The notes: generated by a model not told the origin, from the letters alone. A DNA stretch of 64,000 nucleotides from Balneolaceae bacterium (GCA_007694095.1 RECI01000207.1:3217-67216), one strand, 5' to 3'; counted from the first letter of the stretch, positions 18,626 to 28,939 are shown. Program-made: numbers and translations.

Positions 18626-19886
18626 ATTTGTAATTGAAGGCCCGACACCATTAAAGGGCACCATACCTATCAGCGGGTCAAAAAATGCAGCATTGCCGCT
18701 GATGGCTGCAGCTCTATTAGGACATACCTCATCTCGTTTGTCTCTGATCCCGAGATTGCAGGATATTGACACATTCAACCGGGTAATCGCCGAAACTGGC
18801 ACAACAATCCATTTTAATGGGAAGGAAAACAGCCTTGTTATTGATCCCTCCGGCCTCAGCAATACCATTGCCCCTTACGATCTTGTGCGGAAAATGCGGG
18901 CGTCATTCTATATGCTTGGTGCTTTGATTGGCCATGCAGGTGAGGCAAAAGTTTCCCTGCCCGGCGGGTGCGCATGGGGGCCGCGTCCTGTTGATCTACA
19001 CCTGCAGGGTTTTGAAAAAATGGGTGTACGCATCAAACTTGACCAGGGTTATGTATTCGCTTCCATTCCCGGAAATTCTGTAGAAGGCGGTGAGTTTACT
19101 CTTGAACCCAGTAGTGTCGGAGCTACCATTAACCTTGTTTTGGGAGCGGTAAAACGTGCAAAATTTTTTGTAATAAAAAATGCAGCTCAAGAGCCTGATG
19201 TGGTATTATTGTGCAGAATGCTTCAAAAAATGGGTGCGGATATTGAAGGTATAGGTACCGATACGCTCACAATCAGGAAAGTCGAAAAACTGGAGGGTGT
19301 AGAATTTTCTAATGCCCCCGACAGAATCGAAACCGGGACATACATGATAGCAGCAGCTTTGCATCCCGAATCTGAAGTAACACTTACCGGCTGCAAACCC
19401 GAAGATCTTGGTGATTTCCCACGAACATTCAGTAAACTTGGTGTCGATTTTCAGATTGATGGCTCAACAATTTTCATCAGGTCAGCAGAAAACATACATC
19501 CCGTGAGTATTAAAACAAAAATCTATCCCGGATTTCCTACCGACCTGCAGGCACAGTGGGCTACCCTAATGACACAGGCAAACGGTTTAAGCACAGTTAC
19601 AGATACTGTTTATTTCGACCGCTTCAGTTATGTCCCGGAATTGAACCGCCTGGGGGCCAACCTTCGTGTGGAAAAAAATAATGTAACCATTCACGGGAAA
19701 ACTAAATTAATTGGTGCTGCGGTAATGAGCACCGACCTGAGGGCAAGTGTGAGCCTTGTAATGGCCGGGCTTGTCGCAGAAGGTACTTCTGAAATTCTGA
19801 GAGTTTACCATTTGGATCGCGGTTATGAAAAACTTGAAGATAAACTTAATCGCGTTGGCGCATCCATAAAAAGGGTTGTGCAATGA
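18618..19886 (+). CDS. murA: UDP-N-acetylglucosamine 1-carboxyvinyltransferase
   Basis: SGSKNAALP, MRASF, SLPGGCAWGPRPVDLH, DRIETGT, YPGFPTDLQ, DLRAS, HLDRGYE. Confidence 0.97.
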   Translation: MDKFVIEGPTPLKGTIPISGSKNAALPLMAAALLGHTSSRLSLIPRLQDIDTFNRVIAETGTTIHFNGKENSLVIDPSGLSNTIAPYDLVRKMRASFYMLGALIGHAGEAKVSLPGGCAWGPRPVDLHLQGFEKMGVRIKLDQGYVFASIPGNSVEGGEFTLEPSSVGATINLVLGAVKRAKFFVIKNAAQEPDVVLLCRMLQKMGADIEGIGTDTLTIRKVEKLEGVEFSNAPDRIETGTYMIAAALHPESEVTLTGCKPEDLGDFPRTFSKLGVDFQIDGSTIFIRSAENIHPVSIKTKIYPGFPTDLQAQWATLMTQANGLSTVTDTVYFDRFSYVPELNRLGANLRVEKNNVTIHGKTKLIGAAVMSTDLRASVSLVMAGLVAEGTSEILRVYHLDRGYEKLEDKLNRVGASIKRVVQ

Positions 19887-20353
19887 ACTGAACCCAATAC
19901 CCCCCGGGGGGGGCATGCTAATCCGCATCAGATCTGTTTTTCAACCCTGTAACAGGATTGCAAAAAAATGATGTATTTTTAGATAGAATCCATATTTAAT
20001 AATTAAATAACTTTACACTATATTACCTTTGGACAAAAATTTGTGTGAAGTTTTTATTGAAGTGACATTGAAGTCTTTATTATACAATATTATAGAATCT
20101 ATTCTAACCATTTTTAATCATGCTCTGCCGGATAAAAACAGCCGGGAGTATGCCTATGATTTGATTGAAGACGATGGCTTTCGCACAAACCAATCTTTTT
20201 TAAACGAGAATTATAACATTACAGCATTTCGCACTTCCATTACCGGTAATCACTCCTGCCAGTACTTTTATTCTAATACCGGTTTGAAACCCCGCTTCTT
20301 TTTAATTTTGGAAAGAAAACTGCGCGATGTGCTGATGAAATTTCATTTTTTGC

Positions 20354-22090
20354 ATGAAGAACCAAATTATTATACACAGTACGGGCAAACAGACCCGTGT
20401 TGCGCTTTTAGAGAACGGAGAATTAGCACAGCTTTTTATAGAATCAGAGGATAACCAGCGAACTGTTGGTGATATCTACCTTGCAAGGGTCCATAAGGTG
20501 ATGAGTGGAATCCGGGCTGCATTTATTGATGTTGGCATGGAAAAAGATGCCTTTCTCCATTTTTCTGATGCCGGAGACCATCTTGGCTCATACCTGATGA
20601 TGTTAAATGGGGAAAAGAGTGTGCCGGCTTCTGCCCGTGAAGAACTGCAGAATTTCAATAAGCTTTCTAATAATGATAAGCAGATTCTTGCCGGGAAAAT
20701 GCTGAAAAATAACCAGAATCTGCTGGTTCAAATCGTTAAAGAGCCGATCGGCTCCAAGGGTCCGCGTGTATCTACAGACATCACCATTGCGGGACGTTTC
20801 CTGGTGTTAATCCCTATGGGAGAATATATCGCAGTGTCGAAAAAAATCTCCCATAACAGCGAACGCAGGCGTTTAAAGAGTACCGTTGGCGCCATGCTAC
20901 CGGAAGGTTTTGGCGTTATAATTCGAACGGTTGCCCAAAATCAGAATAAGGAATCACTTGAAGAGGATATGAGAACCGTTCTGAAAAAATGGGAGCGTAT
21001 TCTCAATAAACTCGAAAATGCCAAGCCACCTGCACTGCTTTACAAAGACCTGGATATCACAGAGAGCCTGATCAGAGATCTTTTTGCTAAACAATACGAC
21101 AGGGTGTTAATAGATGATTACCAGCTTTATAAATCCGTTAAAAGCTATGTTTCCCAAATCGCCCCGAAAATGCTTCCTGCAGTACAGCTATATAAAGGAC
21201 GCGATCATATATTTGACCATGTAAAAATTGGCCAGGATGTAAATTCAATTTTTAGCCCCAGAGTCAGAATGCAATCAGGCGGCTACCTGATTTTTGAACA
21301 GACCGAAGCCATGTACGTGGTTGATGTAAATTCCGGCCCCTACGCCGCCAAGGAAAAACAGGAAGACAATTCACTGAAAACTAATCTTGAAGCTGCCCGT
21401 GAAATTGCCAAACAGCTCCGCCTTCGGGATATTGGTGGTATCATAGTAGTGGATTTCATTGATCTGCGTGATGCCAAAAACCGAAAGAAAATTTATGATG
21501 AACTAAAAAAAGAGTTCAAAAAAGATCAGGCTAAAACAAATGTAATTGGCATGAGCGATTTCGGGTTGATTCAAATCACCCGCCAGAGAATCAGGCCGAG
21601 TGTTGTTAATTCAGTATCGAAGGTATGCCCGATGTGCGGTGGCGCAGGAAGCGTGGTCAGCCAGGATACCATTATTACCGATCTTGAAAGCTGGCTCAGC
21701 AAGTTCAAGTACAGTACTGAATATCGTGCAGTCGATGTTTATGTGAATCCCTACCTGCGGTCATTCCTGTGCAAGGGGTTCTTCAGCCAGCGATGGAGAT
21801 GGATGTTTAAATTCAAAATAAGAATTTCGTTTATTGCAGATAATACAATATCTCTCAACGAATTCAAGGCAACTCTTGCAGGCTCCGACCTCGAAATTAC
21901 CGATGTAGTGCTCCAGGGACAATCTTTAGACGAAGTTCTTGAAGCCCACCAGGTACGAATCAATGAAATCGAGTTAAATCAAAAAGCAGATACCCTTGAT
22001 TTTTACTCCAAAGATGAACAATCTGCAGACGAAACAAAACAAGAGCAATCCCGCAGGCCCAAACGTCCGAAGGTTCAGAATCACGGGTAA
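20354..22090 (+). CDS. Rne/Rng family ribonuclease
   Basis: VGDIYLARV S1 domain, AAFIDVG, VDVNSG, QLRLRDIGGIIVVDFID, CPMCGGAG. Confidence 0.95.
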   Translation: MKNQIIIHSTGKQTRVALLENGELAQLFIESEDNQRTVGDIYLARVHKVMSGIRAAFIDVGMEKDAFLHFSDAGDHLGSYLMMLNGEKSVPASAREELQNFNKLSNNDKQILAGKMLKNNQNLLVQIVKEPIGSKGPRVSTDITIAGRFLVLIPMGEYIAVSKKISHNSERRRLKSTVGAMLPEGFGVIIRTVAQNQNKESLEEDMRTVLKKWERILNKLENAKPPALLYKDLDITESLIRDLFAKQYDRVLIDDYQLYKSVKSYVSQIAPKMLPAVQLYKGRDHIFDHVKIGQDVNSIFSPRVRMQSGGYLIFEQTEAMYVVDVNSGPYAAKEKQEDNSLKTNLEAAREIAKQLRLRDIGGIIVVDFIDLRDAKNRKKIYDELKKEFKKDQAKTNVIGMSDFGLIQITRQRIRPSVVNSVSKVCPMCGGAGSVVSQDTIITDLESWLSKFKYSTEYRAVDVYVNPYLRSFLCKGFFSQRWRWMFKFKIRISFIADNTISLNEFKATLAGSDLEITDVVLQGQSLDEVLEAHQVRINEIELNQKADTLDFYSKDEQSADETKQEQSRRPKRPKVQNHG

Positions 22091-22120
22091 TTCCCTTCTG
22101 CTTATTAAACCAATATTTTT

Positions 22121-22672
22121 ATGAACAGTTTGAAAAACCTACACGCAACCACTGTTGTTGGCGTAATTCATAATGGAAGTGTAGCTATTGGTGGTGACGG
22201 CCAGGCTACACTCGACAAAACCGTAATGAAGTCAACAGTAAAAAAAGTTAGAAAACTGCAAAACGGCAAGGTTCTTGCTGGATTTGCAGGTTCAACCGCC
22301 GATGCATTTACATTATTTGAGCGGTTTGAAGAAAAATTGAACAGTTATAATGGAAATTTGCAGCGCGCTGCCGTGGAACTCGCAAAAGAATGGCGAAAAG
22401 ATAAATATCTTCAAAAACTGGAGGCTCTTTTGGTTGTGATGGATTCTGATACATCCCTCCTCATATCCGGCCAGGGTGATGTGATTGAACCCGATGACCA
22501 GATTCTTGCCATAGGCAGCGGCGGGTCGTACGCACTTGCTGCTGCCCGCGCACTGAAACTGAATTCACCGAATTTATCTGCAACAGAAATTGTTGAGAAA
22601 TCATTAAACATAGCTGCGGACATTTGCATTTACACGAATCACAATTTGACCATTTTAGAAATAGACAAGTAG
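22121..22672 (+). CDS. hslV: ATP-dependent protease subunit HslV
   Basis: [41 protein letters not shown]. Confidence 0.97.
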   Translation: MNSLKNLHATTVVGVIHNGSVAIGGDGQATLDKTVMKSTVKKVRKLQNGKVLAGFAGSTADAFTLFERFEEKLNSYNGNLQRAAVELAKEWRKDKYLQKLEALLVVMDSDTSLLISGQGDVIEPDDQILAIGSGGSYALAAARALKLNSPNLSATEIVEKSLNIAADICIYTNHNLTILEIDK

Positions 22673-22676
22673 TAGT

Positions 22677-24083
22677 ATGAAACAATCCACTGAACAAAAT
22701 TTAACACCAAGGCAAATTGTGGTCGAACTTGATAAATATATCATCGGCCAGAAAGACGCTAAACGCTCGGTGGCAATTGCCCTGAGAAACAGGTGGCGAC
22801 GGATGAAATCCGACCCTGAGATACGGGAAGAAATCATACCAAATAATATTTTGATGATAGGACCTACCGGTGTTGGTAAAACAGAAATAGCGCGGCGGCT
22901 TGCCAAATTGTCAGGAGCACCATTTATCAAAGTTGAAGCCAGTAAATTCACTGAGGTTGGTTATGTTGGCCGGGATGTTGAATCAATGATTAGGGACCTT
23001 ACCGATCTCGGGGTGAACATGGTAAAAATGGAAATGCAGGAGCGGGTAAAAGAGAAGGCAGCGGAAATTGTTGAAGAAAAAATCCTCGATATTCTTATTC
23101 CCCCTGTACGAAAAAGTAACCCTGTAAACAGTTCCGCCCTAGTTGGTGAAGTTGGTTTTAACCCCGATACCGCCACAAGTGATGAGCTGAATGAGCGTAC
23201 TCGTGAACGTTTCAGGGAAAAACTAAAAAACGGTGACCTCGAAGACCGCGAAATCGAAATAGAAGTTGACAGTAAAAAAACGCCCATGATGCAGGTGTTT
23301 GGCCCCCAGGGAATGGAAGAAATGGGTGTAAATCTGCAGGATATGCTTGGCAACCTTACCCGTGGCGGCAGAAAAACAAAACGGAAAATGCCAATTAATG
23401 AAGCAAGGGAAGTGCTCCTTGAACAGGTATCTGAAAATTTAATCGATCACGAGGCTGCCGTTCAGGAGGCACTGGAACGTGTTCAAAACCAGGGTATCGT
23501 ATTTATTGATGAAATCGATAAAGTAGCAAGTGACTCTTCATCCCATAAAGGCGGCGCAGATGTTAGCCGACAGGGTGTACAGCGCGACTTGCTACCGATT
23601 GTTGAGGGAAGTACTGTGAACACTAAACATGGTATTGTAAAAACAGAACATATTTTATTTATCGCATCTGGTGCATTTCATGTATCAAAACCTTCTGACC
23701 TGATCCCGGAACTCCAGGGACGTTTCCCGATCCGTGTGGAATTGAGTTCTCTGTCAGAAGAAGACTTCTTCGATATTCTCACTCAACCTAAAAACGCCCT
23801 TACCAAGCAGTACCAGGCAATGCTACAATCTGAAGGTGTGACAGTACACTTCACCACGGAAGCGATCAGGGAAATTGCAAAACTTGCCGCCCAGGTAAAC
23901 AACCAGGTCGAAAATATAGGAGCCCGCCGCCTTCATACCATTCTCTCATCCCTTTTGGAAGAACTTTTATTTGCAGTACCTGACGATATTGGTTCCGGTG
24001 AAATTACCATCGACAAAAACTATGTACATAAACAACTTGATGGGCTTGTAAAGAATAAAGATCTGAGTCATTATATATTATAG
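22677..24083 (+). CDS. hslU: ATP-dependent protease ATPase subunit HslU
   Basis: LTPRQIV, GPTGVGKTEIARRLA, FIDEIDK, GVQRDLLP, NIGARRLHT, DLSHYIL. Confidence 0.97.
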   Translation: MKQSTEQNLTPRQIVVELDKYIIGQKDAKRSVAIALRNRWRRMKSDPEIREEIIPNNILMIGPTGVGKTEIARRLAKLSGAPFIKVEASKFTEVGYVGRDVESMIRDLTDLGVNMVKMEMQERVKEKAAEIVEEKILDILIPPVRKSNPVNSSALVGEVGFNPDTATSDELNERTRERFREKLKNGDLEDREIEIEVDSKKTPMMQVFGPQGMEEMGVNLQDMLGNLTRGGRKTKRKMPINEAREVLLEQVSENLIDHEAAVQEALERVQNQGIVFIDEIDKVASDSSSHKGGADVSRQGVQRDLLPIVEGSTVNTKHGIVKTEHILFIASGAFHVSKPSDLIPELQGRFPIRVELSSLSEEDFFDILTQPKNALTKQYQAMLQSEGVTVHFTTEAIREIAKLAAQVNNQVENIGARRLHTILSSLLEELLFAVPDDIGSGEITIDKNYVHKQLDGLVKNKDLSHYIL

Positions 24084-24120
24084 TAACTTTTAAATTTATA
24101 ATCTGACCAAAAATGGTAAA

Positions 24121-24260
24121 AAATTCAAATTTCAAGCACCAAATTTCAAACAATTATTACCCACAATTCAAGCCTCAACGTTCCGAAAAAATCAAATAAG
24201 AAATGATATCAACTTTTTGGAATTTGTGATTTTTAAAAATTCCGGTTTATCCGGGTTAGG
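24121..24260. repeat. ORF-less relic of the heptamer-IR element plus a short CCGG-rich repeat
   Basis: AAATTTCAAGCACCAAATTTCAAAC (24127-24151) is 23/25 identical to 4095-4119; TTGGAATTTGTGATTT follows about 65 bp later, then CCGGTTTATCCGGGTTAGG. Confidence 0.6.
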
Positions 24261-24537
24261 TAATTGTAGAATATAATACTTGCTGCTGATGCGTTAGAGT
24301 CGGGCATCAAATTATTACCTGCTGAGCAGCATGTCTCAGCTTTACCGGCAGCAAAAGAATGTAAATATTTACTCATATCACAATTGATTTTTGCAGAGTT
24401 TAACAGAAATATTTACTGTTGAGGAAACGTTCAGCGTTAATCTGCGTTTATCTTTTAGATTGGCACAATGATTTGTGATTTTGTATAATCTTTGGTGCTA
24501 AAAAATCGTTAAAACGAATAATCATCGAAAAATAAGA

Positions 24538-26415
24538 ATGTCCGTGAAAAAATTTATTGCCCCCCAGCTTGCACTCTTGCTTATCCTCTCAGCTATCTGG
24601 TTAGCAGGAATAGATAATGTAGTTGTTCAGAAAGGACTCCATCAGGACAACCTCCATAAATATCTCCAGGTACAGCGGAGAGTGATTGACAATTACTTTG
24701 GCGAAACAAGCATCGACATTCTTTTCGAAAAGAGCATTCACGGAATTTTAAAAGTAGTCAAAACTGGCGGCCAGGATATTACCGGAACACCGATTGATAC
24801 AACTATGGATTTTTCCGTACGTAATCTCAGGGATTCTTATAACCGTTATGAAGAGGCGTACCTCTACGTGGCAAATAATTTTCCCGAAACCGATATGGGT
24901 AAAGTTGTTGAATCTTCCATAAGGGAAATGCTGAAAACTCTTGATCCGCATTCCGTTTACATCGAAGCGAGGGAAAGCGAACTGATACAGGAACAATTTG
25001 CTGGCAAATTCCAGGGAATCGGCATTCAATTTAACATCATCCAGGATACCATTACTGTAATTACCCCTATTTCCGGTGGCCCCAGCGACCAACTTGGAAT
25101 TATGTCTGGCGACAGAATTGTTGCAATTGATGACACAAACGCCGTTGGTTACAATAACGAAGATGTTATAAGCAGGCTCAGGGGAGAAAAAGGGACAACG
25201 GTGGATGTTCGTATCATGAGGCCTCGTAACCCGAATCCCATAAATTTCACAATTACCAGAGATGATATTCCAATAACCACGATCGATACTCATTATATGA
25301 TTGATGAGAAAACCGGATACATTAAAGTAAACCGGTTTGCAGCAACAACCCATGAAGAATTCCTCGTATCCGCCGAAGACCTGAAAAATCAGGGTATGGA
25401 AAGACTGATACTCGATCTCAGGAACAACCCGGGTGGTTACCTTAGCCAGGCCATCGCAATGGCAGAAGAATTTTTCCCCCGTGGCACAAAAATTGTATCT
25501 ACCAAAAGCCGTCATACACGATTTAACTCCGAAGTGCATTCACGCAAGAATGGTGCACTTAAAGATATCCCGGTCATTACCCTCGTAAATGAAGGATCAG
25601 CTTCTGCCAGTGAAATCGTCAGCGGGGCAATCCAGGACCATGACCGTGGCCTGGTTGTAGGGCGAAGGACTTTTGGTAAAGGTTTAGTCCAGCAACAGTA
25701 TGAACTTATTGATAACAGTAACATACGCGTTACAATTTCCCGGTACTATACGCCGTCAGGAAGGCTTATTCAAAAACCATTTGAAGATGGTGGTGAATAC
25801 TTTGCTTACGAGCTGGAACATACTTCATCAAATACAACTGTTGAAGCAACAGACTTTAAAGATATTATTCCAGATTCACTCAAGTTTAAAACTGCAGCCG
25901 GACGTGATGTGTTTGGTGGTGGTGGAATCGTGCCAGACATCATAGTCCAGGAAGATACAACTGCATCGCCTTACCTCTTCAACTTTATGCTGATAAATCG
26001 TGTTGATTTTGATTTTGTGAGAGATTATCTCGACAGTAAAGGTGAAGACTTCCGCGCAAACTGGGAAGATCGCTACCAGGAATATCGAACTGATTTCTCC
26101 TGGAGCGGCACTGATGAAGAGAGGTTCATCAGCATGATGAAAAACGAAGGAATGGTAATGTCTGATGATGTAGCCCGGCCTACTGTTGAAAACAATACTT
26201 TAATATTGTCAAAAGAAAATTTCGATGAGTTAAAGTGGATGAATTACGCAAGAATGAAGGCTGAATTAGCACGCCAGGTATGGGGTTCCGAATATTTCTA
26301 TCCGGTAATTAATGACTATCTTAATACTGAACTTCGTGAAGCGATAAACCTGTGGGATGAGGCTGAAAAACTTGCAGTTTTTGTTCAGTCCCAGGCTGAA
26401 GCGCGAAGAAATTAG
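24538..26415 (+). CDS. S41 family C-terminal processing peptidase
   Basis: LDPHSVYI, PDZ (FQGIGIQF), LILDLRNNPGGYL, SASASEIVSGAIQD, TFGKGLVQ, RYYTPSGR, GGGIVPD. Confidence 0.95.
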   Translation: MSVKKFIAPQLALLLILSAIWLAGIDNVVVQKGLHQDNLHKYLQVQRRVIDNYFGETSIDILFEKSIHGILKVVKTGGQDITGTPIDTTMDFSVRNLRDSYNRYEEAYLYVANNFPETDMGKVVESSIREMLKTLDPHSVYIEARESELIQEQFAGKFQGIGIQFNIIQDTITVITPISGGPSDQLGIMSGDRIVAIDDTNAVGYNNEDVISRLRGEKGTTVDVRIMRPRNPNPINFTITRDDIPITTIDTHYMIDEKTGYIKVNRFAATTHEEFLVSAEDLKNQGMERLILDLRNNPGGYLSQAIAMAEEFFPRGTKIVSTKSRHTRFNSEVHSRKNGALKDIPVITLVNEGSASASEIVSGAIQDHDRGLVVGRRTFGKGLVQQQYELIDNSNIRVTISRYYTPSGRLIQKPFEDGGEYFAYELEHTSSNTTVEATDFKDIIPDSLKFKTAAGRDVFGGGGIVPDIIVQEDTTASPYLFNFMLINRVDFDFVRDYLDSKGEDFRANWEDRYQEYRTDFSWSGTDEERFISMMKNEGMVMSDDVARPTVENNTLILSKENFDELKWMNYARMKAELARQVWGSEYFYPVINDYLNTELREAINLWDEAEKLAVFVQSQAEARRN

Positions 26416-26456
26416 GTTATTTGATTAACCCATAGTATGCGTTAGATCTTTTTTTT

Positions 26457-26533
26457 GCCACTAAGGCAGTATGACCCAACTGTGTGCAGAAGCACTTCGG
26501 TGCGCAGGCACAATACAGCACAAAGGTAGTGGC
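26457..26533. repeat. Small structured intergenic element between convergent genes
   Basis: GCCACTA (26457-26463) / TAGTGGC (26527-26533) bracket a GCAC-TTCG-GTGC tetraloop hairpin (26492-26503). Confidence 0.4.
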
Positions 26534-26550
26534 CACGGGAGCCTAACTTT

Positions 26551-27246
26551 TTATCCCATACTCTTGAAGTGATGTGTAATAACGATTGCGGCAGTTTCAG
26601 TTCGCAGACGCTTCTTACCGAGTGAAAAATGAACAGATGCTTTACGATTCAGCAACTTACGCTCTCCATCCGAAAAGCCCCCTTCAGGGCCAACCACAAG
26701 AAAATAACTTTTTGATTTTTTCAATTCACTGAAACCGGAACTTGTAGTTTCATCCGCAACAATCAGCATGGAAGAATCATTGTAATGATTTAATGCCCGT
26801 TCAAGAGAATTTTCGATAATTATTTTCGGAATCCATGTTCTGAGTGATTGTTTTACAGCGGATTGCGCAGCAGCATCGAGACGTTCCATACGAATATTCT
26901 CTTTCAGGCTGTACTCACCGCGAAAAAGGATGAGCTGATCCACTCCAAGCTCAACGGCTTTTTCAACTGCAAATTCTAGCCTGTCCCGTTTTTTTATGAT
27001 ACCCATACAAAGTGTAAGGTACGGTAAAGGTCTCTCTTCATTCTCCGATTGCCGGATTTCAGCACTCACCTCTTGTTTAGAAACCCGGTTTATAACACAA
27101 ATATATCGGTTACCATTACCGTCAGTAACCTGGATTTCATCACCTTTGTCAAATCTTAATACCCGGGAAATATGAACCGCTTCCTGTCCCCTGATTGTGA
27201 GTTCATCTTCATAAATATCTTCAGGGCTTGCAAAAAAAAGATACAT
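26551..27246 (-). CDS. rsmE: 16S rRNA m3U1498 methyltransferase
   Basis: HISRVLR, EKAVELGV, VGPEGGFS, LGKKRLRTETA. Confidence 0.95.
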   Translation of the reverse strand: MYLFFASPEDIYEDELTIRGQEAVHISRVLRFDKGDEIQVTDGNGNRYICVINRVSKQEVSAEIRQSENEERPLPYLTLCMGIIKKRDRLEFAVEKAVELGVDQLILFRGEYSLKENIRMERLDAAAQSAVKQSLRTWIPKIIIENSLERALNHYNDSSMLIVADETTSSGFSELKKSKSYFLVVGPEGGFSDGERKLLNRKASVHFSLGKKRLRTETAAIVITHHFKSMG

Positions 27247-27257
27247 AACAGACCAGC

Positions 27258-27452
27258 TTAATATTTACCAAAGGGAAAGGAAACCTGCCCGGTTTCAAGC
27301 ATTTTTCTCAGATAAGGTTCACAAAGTTTACATTGAGTGCTTCCAAGATTTTCTGTTTGAAGTTCCTCAACAGTTTTCAGTCCTTTTTCCCTGGCAATGT
27401 GAAGCAGCTCTTCAAAGGTAATTTTGTGACAAATACAACGATCAATTGGCAT
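27258..27452 (-). CDS. BFD-like [2Fe-2S]-binding small protein
   Basis: IDRCICH..F..L..A and CKLCEPY cysteine pairs, 64 aa; tightly spaced between dcd and rsmE. Confidence 0.75.
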   Translation of the reverse strand: MPIDRCICHKITFEELLHIAREKGLKTVEELQTENLGSTQCKLCEPYLRKMLETGQVSFPFGKY

Positions 27453-27467
27453 GGTACAGTGTCCGGC

Positions 27468-28679
27468 TCAGGTTTGCCTGAAATGTTTACCAAGTTTGAG
27501 CCCTTGCCCCTGGTAATTGCTATTGATTTCTGCACCATAAACAAAATCCGGTATTTCAGTATTTGGCTCGAATTTCATGCTGCAAAATGTCTGCCCGTGT
27601 TCAATTAAAAAGGGTACATCATGAGAACGAACTTCAAGTACGGCACGGGCCCCCTTGTCCTCCACTTCACCGCCAAAGCCACTGTCAAAAAAACCGGCAT
27701 AATGGGTTCGAAGTTCACCAGATCCGGTGTCATAAGCGATCATTTCAGCAGCAAGGTGTTTCGGTATCCGGCATCGTTCACTAGATGCAAAAATATAAAA
27801 TGCCTCCGGTTCAAGAATAAGATGGCCGGAGTTGCCTGCGTAAATCGGCTCCCAAAAATCGGAAATCTCGTAGTGGTTAATGTTTTCCAGGTCAATGATG
27901 TCTCGGTGCTTTTTCGCCTTGTAGCCAAGAATGTCATTGTCATCCCCTTTCAGATTCACACTCATAAAGAGGCCATTGTTCACATTAAGAGCGTGAAGGG
28001 GTAGTGGTGTGCCGGTTTCATCAAACAGAATTGGATCACTGTTATGGGTTCGGAGGATATCCTGATCGGTTAAAACGGTATGGCCATGCCTGATGCGCAA
28101 TTGGTTGAGGCGCTGGCCCGTTCTTACTTTAATCGGAAATGATTTAGGTACAACCTCCAGATAGAGCCTTCCTTTAAATCCCTGCTCTATCTCTTCAAAC
28201 CTGTGTGAATAATCTGTAATCACCCGTGTAAAAATATCCAGGCGCCCGGTTGTGCTTTTTGGATTGGCTTTGGCGGTAAGATTTTCTTCCGCAAAGAGCC
28301 GGATCTCTTCCCCATCGGCACCATTAAACAGGTTTTTTTGCATCGGGTAGTGTGACGAAGGGAGGTTCAGTTCTTCAAGAAGCGGGATGATGTAAACACA
28401 ATTCGGTTCAAGTACAGCACCTTGCTCAATAGAAAAAGAGTATTGATGAAGCTTGTTAATTTTTTGTTGAACCGTTTCATTTTCAGGCAGAAAACTGCTT
28501 CGTACGCGGTGCGCAACTTCCCCAAGCCTCAGGTCGATTGAATTTGGCTGGTACTGGTTTTCAGTTATAGGATACCCTTTTACGCCCCTGATGATACCGG
28601 CTTCACTTAAAACTTTTAATTTCTGAACCGGCAAAATACCCTTGGTTCTTAAAATTACATCATTACATTTTTTACTCAT
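27468..28679 (-). CDS. dcd: Long (two-domain) 2'-deoxycytidine 5'-triphosphate deaminase
   Basis: QPNSIDLRLG, ANPKSTTGRLDIFTRVITD, GELRTHYAGFFDSGFG, LEVRSHDVPF, SNYQGQGLKL. Confidence 0.88.
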   Translation of the reverse strand: MSKKCNDVILRTKGILPVQKLKVLSEAGIIRGVKGYPITENQYQPNSIDLRLGEVAHRVRSSFLPENETVQQKINKLHQYSFSIEQGAVLEPNCVYIIPLLEELNLPSSHYPMQKNLFNGADGEEIRLFAEENLTAKANPKSTTGRLDIFTRVITDYSHRFEEIEQGFKGRLYLEVVPKSFPIKVRTGQRLNQLRIRHGHTVLTDQDILRTHNSDPILFDETGTPLPLHALNVNNGLFMSVNLKGDDNDILGYKAKKHRDIIDLENINHYEISDFWEPIYAGNSGHLILEPEAFYIFASSERCRIPKHLAAEMIAYDTGSGELRTHYAGFFDSGFGGEVEDKGARAVLEVRSHDVPFLIEHGQTFCSMKFEPNTEIPDFVYGAEINSNYQGQGLKLGKHFRQT

Positions 28680-28939
28680 ACATAGTTTTGCTTAATCTGC
28701 TTTGCGAAGTTAAGAATTTATGATGTGTTTTGAAGAGAAAGTTGCCTCATTTTTATTTCAGAAAAAATCAATGGCAATGTATTAAAGATTTTAAAAAAAA
28801 GGCCACAATCTTCCTCTCTCCCACTTGCCGAAAAAAATAAAACAACTTCATCACCAAAAACCTGCCACCACTCTTTCTAATCGAATTAAAAAAGGTTACC
28901 TTTCCTGCTTGCCCAAAAACATTAATTCACAATATTCAC

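Noticed and set aside
19896-19916. CsoR/RcnR-type operator
   Set aside because: The arms are imperfect (TAC versus GCA), and no metal-resistance or CsoR-family gene is adjacent.
20029-20454. 141-aa ORF upstream of rne/rng
   Set aside because: TTG start, overlaps the ribonuclease gene by 100 bp in another frame, no recognisable motif; treated as leader DNA.
24748-25539. 263-aa antisense ORF within the S41 peptidase (and similar shadow ORFs such as 47078-47701 and 42119-42703)
   Set aside because: They lie fully opposite well-supported genes and have no family motifs; these are expected antisense shadows.
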